From an uncultured virus (IMG/VR IMGVR_UViG_3300032116_000172) (Duplodnaviria; Heunggongvirae; Uroviricota; Caudoviricetes): 64,000 nt of DNA. The number at the start of each line of letters is the position of its first letter. Within the stretch, counting starts at the first letter, position 1. The notes below the pieces were generated by a model, which searched no databases, was not told the DNA's origin, and saw only the letters and a program-made list of their open reading frames with translations. Location of the stretch: IMG/VR virus record IMGVR_UViG_3300032116_000172. One strand, given 5' to 3'. The position numbers were made by a program, and so were the translations under genes. Below are positions 17,766-26,423 of the stretch, piece after piece.

Positions 17766-18001
17766 GCAAATGGGTTGTCCATACAAAAGGTGGATATACA
17801 ACAGATAGCTTTGAGGTTTGCGTCATCCGCGCCGACAACAAGCACGGTAAAGAGTCTTACGGCTGGTTTGACAAAGACAAAATATACATCAGCGGTTCTG
17901 GTGGACCATGTCACCACAAGATTGTCAGCAAAATGATATGGGTCGGATTGGTTGAATTGGCGCACAAAGTGGCAGATAAGATGAATGAGGAAACCAAATG
18001 A
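17762..18001 (+). CDS. hypothetical protein
   Basis: Coupled ORF. Confidence 0.6.
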   Translation: MSKWVVHTKGGYTTDSFEVCVIRADNKHGKESYGWFDKDKIYISGSGGPCHHKIVSKMIWVGLVELAHKVADKMNEETK

Positions 18002-18405
18002 CAATCACACTAACACGCGAGGAAGCGCAGCAGATGCTGAAAGTTCTGGAATATCCCGGTCCATCTTGGCCTGAGTCTCGTACAGAACTTGCGGTCGCAC
18101 TCCGCTACAAGCTAAGCGCACCTGAACCGGAGCCGGTGGCGTGGCAGTCAAGAATGCGCCCCGATTGGGAAGAAAATGGTTGGACTCAATGGAAAGAATG
18201 CCCAAAAGAACAAGCAGATGATTTCTGGAAAGTTCTCTATCTTCATGATTGGGTTTATGAAGCTCGTGCACTCTACACCGCCCCACCAAAGCGCGAATGG
18301 GTCGGACTGACGGATGAGGATAGACAAGAATTAGCGGCAGAGCAGTACGGTTGGGAAGGCTTATGTTCTGCGGTAGAAGCCAAGCTGCGGGAGAAGAACA
18401 CATGA
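17998..18405 (+). CDS. hypothetical protein (EPVA...LYTAPP.REWVGLT family)
   Basis: Paralog of 18989-19327. Confidence 0.65.
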   Translation: MTITLTREEAQQMLKVLEYPGPSWPESRTELAVALRYKLSAPEPEPVAWQSRMRPDWEENGWTQWKECPKEQADDFWKVLYLHDWVYEARALYTAPPKREWVGLTDEDRQELAAEQYGWEGLCSAVEAKLREKNT

Positions 18406-18755
18406 AAGTCGTTTTCCATCGATCCGGTAAGCTTCCTTTGAATGAGATGACCATCGAATGGTTCGCGGACCGATTTGATCTTTCCTTGCAGGTCTATGAA
18501 CGGGACCCGGACCTCGCTGCGAAAAAAGGCAGATTCTTTTGTTACTTCGCGAACGTAGAAGTGCAAGAGCAAAAGGGATTTCTCACTTCTGCGACAGGAA
18601 ATGGAGAAACGATCCTTATCGCGGTGGATGATTACTGCAAAGAGATCAGCAACAAGACGCTAGTTATTAATGCCATGGACCCTGAATCACGGACCGAGGT
18701 GATGACCAGCAAGATTACCCCTCAATGGACCATGGAGGCTGTTTTTGAAGAGTAA
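18402..18755 (+). CDS. hypothetical protein
   Basis: GGAG RBS before ATG 18402. Confidence 0.6.
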   Translation: MKVVFHRSGKLPLNEMTIEWFADRFDLSLQVYERDPDLAAKKGRFFCYFANVEVQEQKGFLTSATGNGETILIAVDDYCKEISNKTLVINAMDPESRTEVMTSKITPQWTMEAVFEE

Positions 18756-18767
18756 GGAGAAGAACAC

Positions 18768-18992
18768 ATGATCGCGCATCTTGATAATGGCAAATCAACA
18801 GAGATTCGCCCCGGAGCCGCAACGATGGGACTGTCTGTTGTTCGTTGGGAGTTTGATTACAACGACATGATTTGGCTGCTGGATAATCCTGAATCATTGG
18901 CAATACTTGCTACCCGTATGCCGCCCACATTGAAGGAGAACAACATGAAGAAGTATTTAGCAAGTCCTAATCCTTGGAAGTTGATGCCATGA
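18768..18992 (+). CDS. hypothetical protein
   Basis: AAGGAG RBS. Confidence 0.55.
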   Translation: MIAHLDNGKSTEIRPGAATMGLSVVRWEFDYNDMIWLLDNPESLAILATRMPPTLKENNMKKYLASPNPWKLMP

Positions 18993-19327
18993 ACGACAGA
19001 GAACTAATGCAGCAGGCGCTTGATGCGTTAATAACAGCGGAACTTGATGGAAATTGTGAATACGGCGTGACTGATGCCCTACGCACTCGATTAGCGCAGC
19101 CAGAGCAGGAGCCGGTGGCGCAAGTGAACTACAACGAAAGGCAAAACATTGCTTGGTTGTTTGGAAAGCAACTGCCAGATGGAACGCTACTTTACACCGC
19201 CCCACCACAGCGCGAATGGGTTGGGTTAACACCAGAAGAAGCAAGAGAAATATCACTAGCTAACAGACCATACGTTATCGACATGGTGTATGCGCTTGAA
19301 GCCAAGCTCAAGGAGAAGAACTCATGA
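18989..19327 (+). CDS. hypothetical protein (EPVA...LYTAPP.REWVGLT family)
   Basis: Paralog of 17998-18405. Confidence 0.65.
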   Translation: MNDRELMQQALDALITAELDGNCEYGVTDALRTRLAQPEQEPVAQVNYNERQNIAWLFGKQLPDGTLLYTAPPQREWVGLTPEEAREISLANRPYVIDMVYALEAKLKEKNS

Positions 19328-19509
19328 CGCGAGCAACCACAGACGATGTAATCATAGCCGTTCGCATAGCTAGTTTTTACCCTTTAAGTAGTGCAGCAAA
19401 GCAAGAAGTGGTAACAGCTATTTCTGAAGAAATGGTCAAGCTTGGACATAAGCATAACTTTATAGTTTACAGAGCAAGTATGGAAAGTAAATTAGGGGGT
19501 AACATTTGA
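19324..19509 (+). CDS. hypothetical protein
   Basis: AGGAG RBS; coupled to the polymerase gene. Confidence 0.55.
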   Translation: MTRATTDDVIIAVRIASFYPLSSAAKQEVVTAISEEMVKLGHKHNFIVYRASMESKLGGNI

Positions 19510-21347
19510 AACTAATAACCGTTGACTTTGAAACTTACTTCAGCAAAGAAGTAGGTTTTGCAAAGCAAACTACAGAAGAATATATACGTGATCCACAGTT
19601 TCACGTTATCGGCGTATCAGTTAAGAACGGCGACGCCCCTGCCGAGTGGGCATCTGGTACAGCACATCAGCTTAAGCAATGGTTGGACACATTTGATTGG
19701 GAGAACTCTGTCGCACTGGCGCATAACGCTATGTTCGATGGGGCGATACTCAATTGGCACTTCGACATAAAGCCTAAGTTCTGGATGGATACCCTGTGCA
19801 TGGGTCGGGCGATTCATGGGGTCGAGGTGGGCGGGTCGCTTGGCGCACTGACTGAGAGGTACGGTCTAGGGCAAAAGGGTGACGCTACTAAGTGGGCGTT
19901 GGGTCTGCGCCGAGAGGACTTCACCGAGCAGCAGTTGTCGGACTACGGCGACTACTGTGTGAATGACGTGGAGCTAACTTATAAATTATTTAACAAGATG
20001 CTCCCCGGGTTCCCGAAGAAGGAATTACACCTTATCAACCTAACGCTAAGGATGTTCACCGAGCCGGTGCTGCGCTTGGACATTCCTATGTTACAGCAGC
20101 ATAAAGCCGACATCTTCAACAAGAAGGAAGCCCTCTATGACAAGCTTAAGATTCCACGTCATGAGGCACAGGAAGTATTGCTATCCAATAACAAGTTTGC
20201 AGATGCACTACGAGCGTTAAAAATTGAGCCACCAGTAAAAATCAGTGCAACAACTGGAAAGGAAACACTCGCGTTGGCAAAGAATGATGAGGAATTCAAA
20301 GCTTTGGCATCTCACCCGAAGCCCGAAGTACAGGCGTTAGTAGCAGCGCGGCTAGGGGTCAAGAGTACCCTAGAGGAAACACGTACCGACAGGTTCATAG
20401 GAATTGCTTCACGTGGAACGCTGCCCGTGCCAGTTAAGTACTACGCGGCGCACACTGGGCGGTGGGGTGGCGATGACAAGATCAACCTACAGAACTTGCC
20501 GAGCCGAGGGGAGAACGCGGGTAAGCTGAAGATGGCTATCAAAGCACCGCCGGGGCACAAGATAATAGACGCCGACTCTTCTCAGATCGAGGCGCGGGTG
20601 CTGGCATGGCTGGCAGGGCAGGATGACATCGTGCGTTCGTTCGCCAACAAGGAAGACGTGTACCGCAAAATGGCGGCGACGATCTACGGCAAGAAGGAAG
20701 AGAACATTACCCCACAGGAGCGGTTTGTCGGAAAGACAACAATCTTGGGCGCAGGGTATGGGATGGGCGCGGTCAAGTTCCAAGCCGCACTGAAGAACTC
20801 CAACCCGCCTGTAGAGTTGCCGTTGGATGAGTGCCGCAGGATCATTGACGTGTACCGCAAGGCGAACTTCGCCATATCGGCGTTGTGGAAGGAAGCCCAA
20901 CAGGCAATCGTTAACATGTCTAGGGGAGAGGGCGCACCGCTAGGGCGGGCCGGGGTGTTGCAGATCATCCCCAAAGAACGCGCCATCATGCTGCCAAGCG
21001 GTTTGTTGTTAAGGTATGACGACCTCAAAGCAGAAGCTGGAGAAAACGGCGTCGAGTTTACGTATAAAACACGTAGGGGTAGAACACGTATTTACGGCGG
21101 AAAGGTGATCGAGAACGTGTGTCAGGGAATAGCACGTTGTATCATCGGGGAGCAGATGCTGCGTATTTCTAAGAAATACAGGGTTGTGTTGACAGTACAT
21201 GATGCGATAGCATGTGTGGTGCTAGATAAGGAAGTAGAGGAAGCGCGACAGTACGTCGAGGACTGTATGCGCTGGACGCCCGATTGGGCTGCGGGACTAC
21301 CTGTTAACTGCGAAAGCGGTGTGGGAGTCAGTTACGGAGAGTGCTGA
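19506..21347 (+). CDS. polA: family A DNA polymerase with 3'-5' exonuclease
   Basis: ExoI DFET, ExoII HNAMFD, ExoIII YCVND; HTGRW; motif A DSSQIEAR; motif B RFVGKTTILGAGYG; motif C VHD; TTG start. Confidence 0.93.
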   Translation: MKLITVDFETYFSKEVGFAKQTTEEYIRDPQFHVIGVSVKNGDAPAEWASGTAHQLKQWLDTFDWENSVALAHNAMFDGAILNWHFDIKPKFWMDTLCMGRAIHGVEVGGSLGALTERYGLGQKGDATKWALGLRREDFTEQQLSDYGDYCVNDVELTYKLFNKMLPGFPKKELHLINLTLRMFTEPVLRLDIPMLQQHKADIFNKKEALYDKLKIPRHEAQEVLLSNNKFADALRALKIEPPVKISATTGKETLALAKNDEEFKALASHPKPEVQALVAARLGVKSTLEETRTDRFIGIASRGTLPVPVKYYAAHTGRWGGDDKINLQNLPSRGENAGKLKMAIKAPPGHKIIDADSSQIEARVLAWLAGQDDIVRSFANKEDVYRKMAATIYGKKEENITPQERFVGKTTILGAGYGMGAVKFQAALKNSNPPVELPLDECRRIIDVYRKANFAISALWKEAQQAIVNMSRGEGAPLGRAGVLQIIPKERAIMLPSGLLLRYDDLKAEAGENGVEFTYKTRRGRTRIYGGKVIENVCQGIARCIIGEQMLRISKKYRVVLTVHDAIACVVLDKEVEEARQYVEDCMRWTPDWAAGLPVNCESGVGVSYGEC

Positions 21348-22027
21348 TGAGCCAGATACAAGCTATAGAAACAGAGTACAAAGGGTACTTATTTCGTTCT
21401 AGGCTGGAAGCTAGGTGGGCGGTGTTCTTTGATACGTTAGGTATCGAGTGGAAGTATGAGAGCGAGGGGTACAAAACAGCCAATGGGGAGATGTACCTAC
21501 CTGACTTTGTGCTGCCCGGGTACGGTGGTCGCCACTGGACTAAAGCCGGGGTCGAGCTTGGAGATATATTTGTCGAAGTCAAAGGCGATCCTCATGGGTT
21601 GGTAAAGGACTTTGAGCGGCAAGTGCGCCTACACGATTGGGGTGGCGTACTCCCTAATTTCGCGGACTCTTACGGCGCACACCCAGTTAATGGGTTATTG
21701 CTACTGGGGGAAATCCCAGAAGCTTCGCAGAGTAATGCGTACTTTCATCCTATTATTCAGCACTACAAAGGGTTGACTAGGTCGTGGGCTATGTTTACCC
21801 CGCACTATATGGACGTGCTGCGGCAGGGGAATTCCCTTACAGAGTTACTAACCTTAGAGCCAGATTGTGGAGCGGACACCGATCCTAACCTTTGGCGGGT
21901 AGAGACGCGGCGAGTACACGTGTACAAGTATTACCACAAGGTATACGATGCCTACGCAGCAGCCCGATCAGCTAGGTTCGAGCATGGGCAGTCTGGAAGA
22001 GTTACCAAAGGGGGGTTTCGTCGATGA
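21347..22027 (+). CDS. PD-(D/E)XK endonuclease
   Basis: FRSRLEARWA...YE...YLPDF...FVEVKG. Confidence 0.8.
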   Translation: MSQIQAIETEYKGYLFRSRLEARWAVFFDTLGIEWKYESEGYKTANGEMYLPDFVLPGYGGRHWTKAGVELGDIFVEVKGDPHGLVKDFERQVRLHDWGGVLPNFADSYGAHPVNGLLLLGEIPEASQSNAYFHPIIQHYKGLTRSWAMFTPHYMDVLRQGNSLTELLTLEPDCGADTDPNLWRVETRRVHVYKYYHKVYDAYAAARSARFEHGQSGRVTKGGFRR

Positions 22028-22692
22028 CTATCAAGTGGTCGTACAGCAGCATCAAGTTGTTTGAGCAGTGTCCTCGTAAGTACTTTCATCTTAGAGTACT
22101 GAAGGATGTGGTCGAGCCTGAGACTGAAGCTATGCTGTACGGCACAAGGTTCCACGAAGCAGCAGAGAATTACATTAAGAACGACGAGCCTTTGCCCGCT
22201 GCGTTTTCTTTTGTGAAACCAGTGCTTGATAACCTCAAGCAGATTCCGGGCGAGAAGTTGTGCGAGTACGAGATGGGCATCACGGAAGACTTGCAGCCTT
22301 GCGCCTTTGACGCTGAGAACGTCTGGTTCAGGGGGATTGCCGACTTGTTGATACTGGATCGGGGGAAAGGCGAAGCGCGGGTAGTCGATTATAAAACTGG
22401 CAAGTCAGCCAAATATGCTGACCCTGACCAGCTAGAACTTATGGCATTATGTGTGTTCAAACACTTCCCTGAAATCAAGAAGGTCAAAGGGGGGCTGGCG
22501 TTTGTAGTATGTAACGCGTTTGTTAAGGGTAAGTACGATTCTGCGAACCAAGACGCCACGTGGTCTAAGTGGGTTAAGTCGCATAGCAGGATTAAGATCG
22601 CATACGATAATGACGTGTGGAACCCTAAGCCGAGCGGCCTGTGCAGGAAGCATTGTTCGGTACTGAGTTGTTCCCACAATGGGAGAGCGTAA
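22024..22692 (+). CDS. RecB/Cas4-like PD-(D/E)XK exonuclease
   Basis: SYSSIKLFEQCP, GTRFH, GIAD, DYKTG, QLELMA and a C-terminal C-x3-C-x4-C. Confidence 0.85.
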   Translation: MTIKWSYSSIKLFEQCPRKYFHLRVLKDVVEPETEAMLYGTRFHEAAENYIKNDEPLPAAFSFVKPVLDNLKQIPGEKLCEYEMGITEDLQPCAFDAENVWFRGIADLLILDRGKGEARVVDYKTGKSAKYADPDQLELMALCVFKHFPEIKKVKGGLAFVVCNAFVKGKYDSANQDATWSKWVKSHSRIKIAYDNDVWNPKPSGLCRKHCSVLSCSHNGRA

Positions 22693-22940
22693 TGCCTTAT
22701 ACGAAGAGTCCAAGACCGTACAAGCACGAATACGAGATGCAGAAAAAGCGCGGGGAACTACCTGACCGCATGGAGCGTCAACGTGCACGTAGAGCGTTGG
22801 ACAAGAAAGGCGTAAGTCGTAAAGGCAAAGATGTATCGCATGTTAAAGCGTTAGCAAAAGGGGGTACGAACGCTGATGGATACTATCTCGAAGCGCCGTC
22901 AAAAAATCGTTCGCGTAACGGACATAAAAAAGCAAAATAG
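22692..22940 (+). CDS. small basic HNH-like protein
   Basis: GKDVSHVKALAKGGTN...NRSRN. Confidence 0.6.
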   Translation: MPYTKSPRPYKHEYEMQKKRGELPDRMERQRARRALDKKGVSRKGKDVSHVKALAKGGTNADGYYLEAPSKNRSRNGHKKAK

Positions 22941-22943
22941 TTG

Positions 22944-22972
22944 TTGACGCAGGCTTAGTTCGAGAATAAATT
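22944..22972 (+). promoter_or_regulatory. sigma70-like promoter TTGACG-17-TAAATT
   Basis: 17-bp spacer, intergenic. Confidence 0.65.
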
Positions 22973-22977
22973 AGAGT

Positions 22978-23179
22978 TCGCAAGGCTGCTACTTGGGTAC
23001 TTGCTGAAGAATACGGCTATCGTAAGGTACGAGTGGATAGTCGGGGGCTAGTTACGAAGTCTAAACCCTATAACCGTACCAGTTGACACGCGGACACCTA
23101 CGCGGGAATCAACGAATTTAATTGTTGTACGTAGGCAGAACTGGACACCCGGTTCTGCCTATTCCTCTTTATCTAAACT
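22978..23179 (+). ncRNA. candidate structured leader or ncRNA upstream of the helicase
   Basis: Several hairpins, including TAGGCAGAAC...GTTCTGCCTA (23142-23161). Confidence 0.35.
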
Positions 23180-24718
23180 ATGCAAATAATAGAAAACAAA
23201 GCATTACTCCTACAGCTACGCAACCCAGACAAAGTCACGTCCGTGATACCAAAGAGCAAAGAACTCGGAGGGGGCAAGGTGCTTGTACACTGGGGTCTGG
23301 ATGAAGCGCAGGTGCTAAAGAATTTAAAGATCAGGAATGTACCAAGCCCCATCATTTCCCAATACAACTGGCCGGGGCTACACAAGCCTTTTGAACACCA
23401 GAAAACAACGGCGTCGTTCCTTACATTACACAAAAGGGCCTTCTGCCTGAATGAGCAAGGCACAGGTAAAACCGGTAGCGTGATATGGGCTGCGGATTAC
23501 TTGATGAAACAGAAGAAAGTTAGGCGCGTATTAGTTATCTGTCCTTTGTCTATCATGGACTCTGCATGGCGTGCCGATCTGTTTAATTTTGCCATGCACC
23601 GTTCAGTGGACATCGCCTACGGCGCGGCGGAAAAACGCCGAGAAATAATCAATGGTACGTCTGAGTTCGTCATCATTAACTACGATGGCGTTGAGATCGT
23701 GTCCGATGCGATTGCGGAAGGTGGCTTTGACCTTATCGTGGTCGATGAAGCTAACGCCTACAAGAACTCCCAGACAGTGCGCTGGAAGACATTGAACCGC
23801 CTAGTCAAGCCAGACACATGGTTGTGGATGTTGACAGGTACACCTGCTGCACAGTCGCCAGTAGATGCGTATGGCCTAGCCAAGCTGGTTAACCCCAGCG
23901 GCGTACCGCGATTTGCTACAGCGTTTAAAGATATGGTGATGTACAAGGTCGGGCAGTTTAGATGGATTCCAAAGCCGACAGCATTGCAGACAGTGTTCAA
24001 TGCTTTACAACCTGCTATCAGGTTCACCAAAGACGAGTGCCTTGACCTGCCTGAGATGACCTATGTCAACCGAGAAGTGCAGCTAACTAAACAGCAACAA
24101 AAGTACTATGCGTTGATGAAGAACCGCATGACTATGGAAGCGGCAGGAGAAGAAATAACTGCTGTGAATGCTGCGGTCAACCTCAATAAGCTACTGCAAA
24201 TATCTTGCGGGGCGGTGTACTCGGACAATAAAGAAACTATTGAGTTCGACATCAAAAACCGTTACGCTGTGCTGAAGGAAGTCATCGAAGAGGCGAACAA
24301 CAAAGTCCTTGTGTTCGTACCATTCAAACACGCTATTGATTTAATCACTGCCAAGCTTATCGAAGATGGTATCAGCGCAGAGATAATTCGCGGCGATGTT
24401 TCAGCAGCAAAACGCACCGACATCTTCAAACGATTCCAAGATACACCGGAACCGAGAGTCCTCGTAATACAACCACAGTCCGCTGCGCATGGTGTCACGT
24501 TAACCGCTGCGGACACAGTTGTTTGGTGGGGGCCGACGAGTTCGCTAGAGACGTATGCACAAGCTAATGCGCGAGTGCATAGGCCGGGTCAACGACACCC
24601 ATCAGTCGTTATTCGTCTGCAAGGTTCTAATGCAGAAAAATATATTTACAAAATGTTAGATAGTAAAATTGATATTCACACAAAGATTGTAGACCTTTAC
24701 AAAGAATTGCTTGACTAA
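23180..24718 (+). CDS. SNF2-related SF2 helicase
   Basis: EQGTGKT, CPLS, VVDEA, LTGTP, HGVTLT, QANARVHRPGQ. Confidence 0.92.
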   Translation: MQIIENKALLLQLRNPDKVTSVIPKSKELGGGKVLVHWGLDEAQVLKNLKIRNVPSPIISQYNWPGLHKPFEHQKTTASFLTLHKRAFCLNEQGTGKTGSVIWAADYLMKQKKVRRVLVICPLSIMDSAWRADLFNFAMHRSVDIAYGAAEKRREIINGTSEFVIINYDGVEIVSDAIAEGGFDLIVVDEANAYKNSQTVRWKTLNRLVKPDTWLWMLTGTPAAQSPVDAYGLAKLVNPSGVPRFATAFKDMVMYKVGQFRWIPKPTALQTVFNALQPAIRFTKDECLDLPEMTYVNREVQLTKQQQKYYALMKNRMTMEAAGEEITAVNAAVNLNKLLQISCGAVYSDNKETIEFDIKNRYAVLKEVIEEANNKVLVFVPFKHAIDLITAKLIEDGISAEIIRGDVSAAKRTDIFKRFQDTPEPRVLVIQPQSAAHGVTLTAADTVVWWGPTSSLETYAQANARVHRPGQRHPSVVIRLQGSNAEKYIYKMLDSKIDIHTKIVDLYKELLD

Positions 24719-24739
24719 AGTAATAGGCGGCACTAAATT
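24711..24739 (+). promoter_or_regulatory. sigma70-like promoter TTGACT-17-TAAATT
   Basis: Same -10 as the 22944 promoter; precedes the 24768 gene. Confidence 0.6.
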
Positions 24740-24767
24740 ACAAAGCCCAACAATAGGGAGAAGCGAG

Positions 24768-25172
24768 ATGGAAAGTGAGAAGCCTACCGTACCCGTAGAA
24801 AAATTAGTTCGTGTGTATCTGAAGATGCGCAATGCGAAGAACGAGATCGCTGCGGAGTACGACAAGAAGCTGGAAGAAATCGACGCCCAAATTGAACAAG
24901 TCAAACGTGCCCTGCTTGACTATTGCAAAGAACAAAACTTAGAAAGCGTTCGTACCGAATCTGGTTTGTTCTACCGCACTATCAAACGAAGGTACTGGAC
25001 TAACAACTGGGAAGCGATGGGGCAGTTTGTGTTGGAGCACAAAATTCCTGAAGTGTATGAGAAGCGGCTGCATCAAGGGAACATCCAAGCATGGATAGAA
25101 CAAAACCCGGATAAGTTGCCACCCGGCTTGAACATTGACAGCGAATATCAAATTACGGTGAGGAAGAAATAA
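24768..25172 (+). CDS. conserved replication-module protein (N-terminal coiled coil)
   Basis: GGGAGAAGCGAG-ATG; SVRTESG...PPGLN. Confidence 0.7.
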   Translation: MESEKPTVPVEKLVRVYLKMRNAKNEIAAEYDKKLEEIDAQIEQVKRALLDYCKEQNLESVRTESGLFYRTIKRRYWTNNWEAMGQFVLEHKIPEVYEKRLHQGNIQAWIEQNPDKLPPGLNIDSEYQITVRKK

Positions 25173-25426
25173 TGGAACAACACTACGTAACAATAAGCGA
25201 AGTAGCGAAGTACTTTAACGTGTCGGTATCGACCGTCAGAGGCTGGATACGAGGGGGCAGCATCCCTCCAAGTACATACCTGAAGTTGGGTAACACATAC
25301 CGCTTCAGGCTTCCTGAGATCGAGGCAGCGTTGCGCAACGAAGCACCGCAACCTGAACCGAAAGTAGCAGTAGTAGCCAACCCTAATCAATTAGAGTTGG
25401 ATTTTAACCCCGATGAAGACATCTAG
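25172..25426 (+). CDS. excisionase/MerR-like HTH DNA-binding protein
   Basis: TISEVAKYFNVSVSTVRGWIRGGSIP...LGNTYRF. Confidence 0.8.
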   Translation: MEQHYVTISEVAKYFNVSVSTVRGWIRGGSIPPSTYLKLGNTYRFRLPEIEAALRNEAPQPEPKVAVVANPNQLELDFNPDEDI

Positions 25427-25437
25427 GAGAAGCGAAG

Positions 25438-26325
25438 ATGAGTGATATAGCTCTGTTTAAAGGCGGTGTTCCTGCCTACCTGAAGGAACTGCAAGACGAT
25501 AGCACGAACGCAATTGCTGGCGGCGGTGATGATCTTGGTCAGTACCGTATCTCTATCAAAGGCGGCGCATTCCGCGAGATGGTGGGTAACAAAGAAGTAC
25601 GCGTCAGCGAAGAACGTGCGATGAATGTGATTATCGTCAAAGCCGCACCGAATGTGTACCGTTCATATTACGAGGGCGCATACGTTGAAGGTCAAAACGC
25701 TTCGCCAACATGCTGGTCTGTGAACAACCAGACCCCCGCTGATGTCGTACCTGCGGAACAAAAGCAAGCTAACCGCTGCATGGACTGCAAGCAAAACATC
25801 AAGGGTTCGGGTCAAGGCGAAGGGCGAGCCTGTCGTTACCAGCAGCGTATTGCTGTGTTGGTAGAAGGTGAGACAGATCGTCGTAAAGTCGCACAGGTTA
25901 TCCTGCCTGCTACGTCGGTGTTTGGTGAAGGCGAGAAAGGCAAGCTGCCGTTGCAAGCTTATGGTCGTCACTTGAAAGCGCACAACACACCAGTGGTCGG
26001 CGTGGTTACTGAGATGCGTTTCGACATCAATAGCCCGACACCTAAGCTGTTCTTCAAGCCAGTACGTCCCATTACTGAAGAAGAGTTTGAAGCAGTCAAG
26101 GATGTAAAAGACTCCCCCGAAGCTGAAAAAGCTGTGTCGTTTATCGTCGCGCCACCTAAAGCTAAAGAAGAGGGCGCGGACGAAGAGTTCGAACAGAAGC
26201 CGAAAGTCGAGACTAAGGCTAAAGCCGAAGCAGAGAAAGTTGAAGAGCCGAAGAAAGCTGCATCCAAAAAGTCAGCCGAGCCAGCACCTGAGTTGGCGAA
26301 TCTGGTCGATAACTGGGACGACTAA
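25438..26325 (+). CDS. putative single-stranded DNA-binding protein
   Basis: Beta-rich core with four Cys, acidic flexible tail ending DNWDD; lies between helicase and primase. Confidence 0.6.
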   Translation: MSDIALFKGGVPAYLKELQDDSTNAIAGGGDDLGQYRISIKGGAFREMVGNKEVRVSEERAMNVIIVKAAPNVYRSYYEGAYVEGQNASPTCWSVNNQTPADVVPAEQKQANRCMDCKQNIKGSGQGEGRACRYQQRIAVLVEGETDRRKVAQVILPATSVFGEGEKGKLPLQAYGRHLKAHNTPVVGVVTEMRFDINSPTPKLFFKPVRPITEEEFEAVKDVKDSPEAEKAVSFIVAPPKAKEEGADEEFEQKPKVETKAKAEAEKVEEPKKAASKKSAEPAPELANLVDNWDD

Positions 26326-26331
26326 TCTTCA

Positions 26332-26401
26332 TGGGGGAAAGCGGATGCTGCCAATTTGATTAACACGGTCTGTGATCAAGGCAGACGCAGCGAGTACCCC
26401 A
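26332..26401 (+). ncRNA. candidate structured RNA with a loop-E/sarcin-ricin-like motif
   Basis: TGGGG/CCCCA stem, GAAA/GAGTA internal loop, TGC/GCA, TGCC/GGCA and TTGATTA/TGATCAA helices. Confidence 0.5.
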
Positions 26402-26423
26402 CCTTTTCTTTCTCTGGACGGAC

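Noticed and set aside
22024..22692. Cas4 as evidence of a CRISPR-Cas system
   Set aside because: Solo RecB/Cas4-like nucleases are ordinary in phage replication modules; no cas1, cas2 or array
22978..23179. tRNA or tmRNA in the intergenic gaps
   Set aside because: No cloverleaf with a T-loop and acceptor stem could be built by eye here or at 26332-26401
25172..25426. Excisionase implying an integrated prophage
   Set aside because: No integrase, att site or host genes in the window; this HTH family is also common as a replication-module regulator
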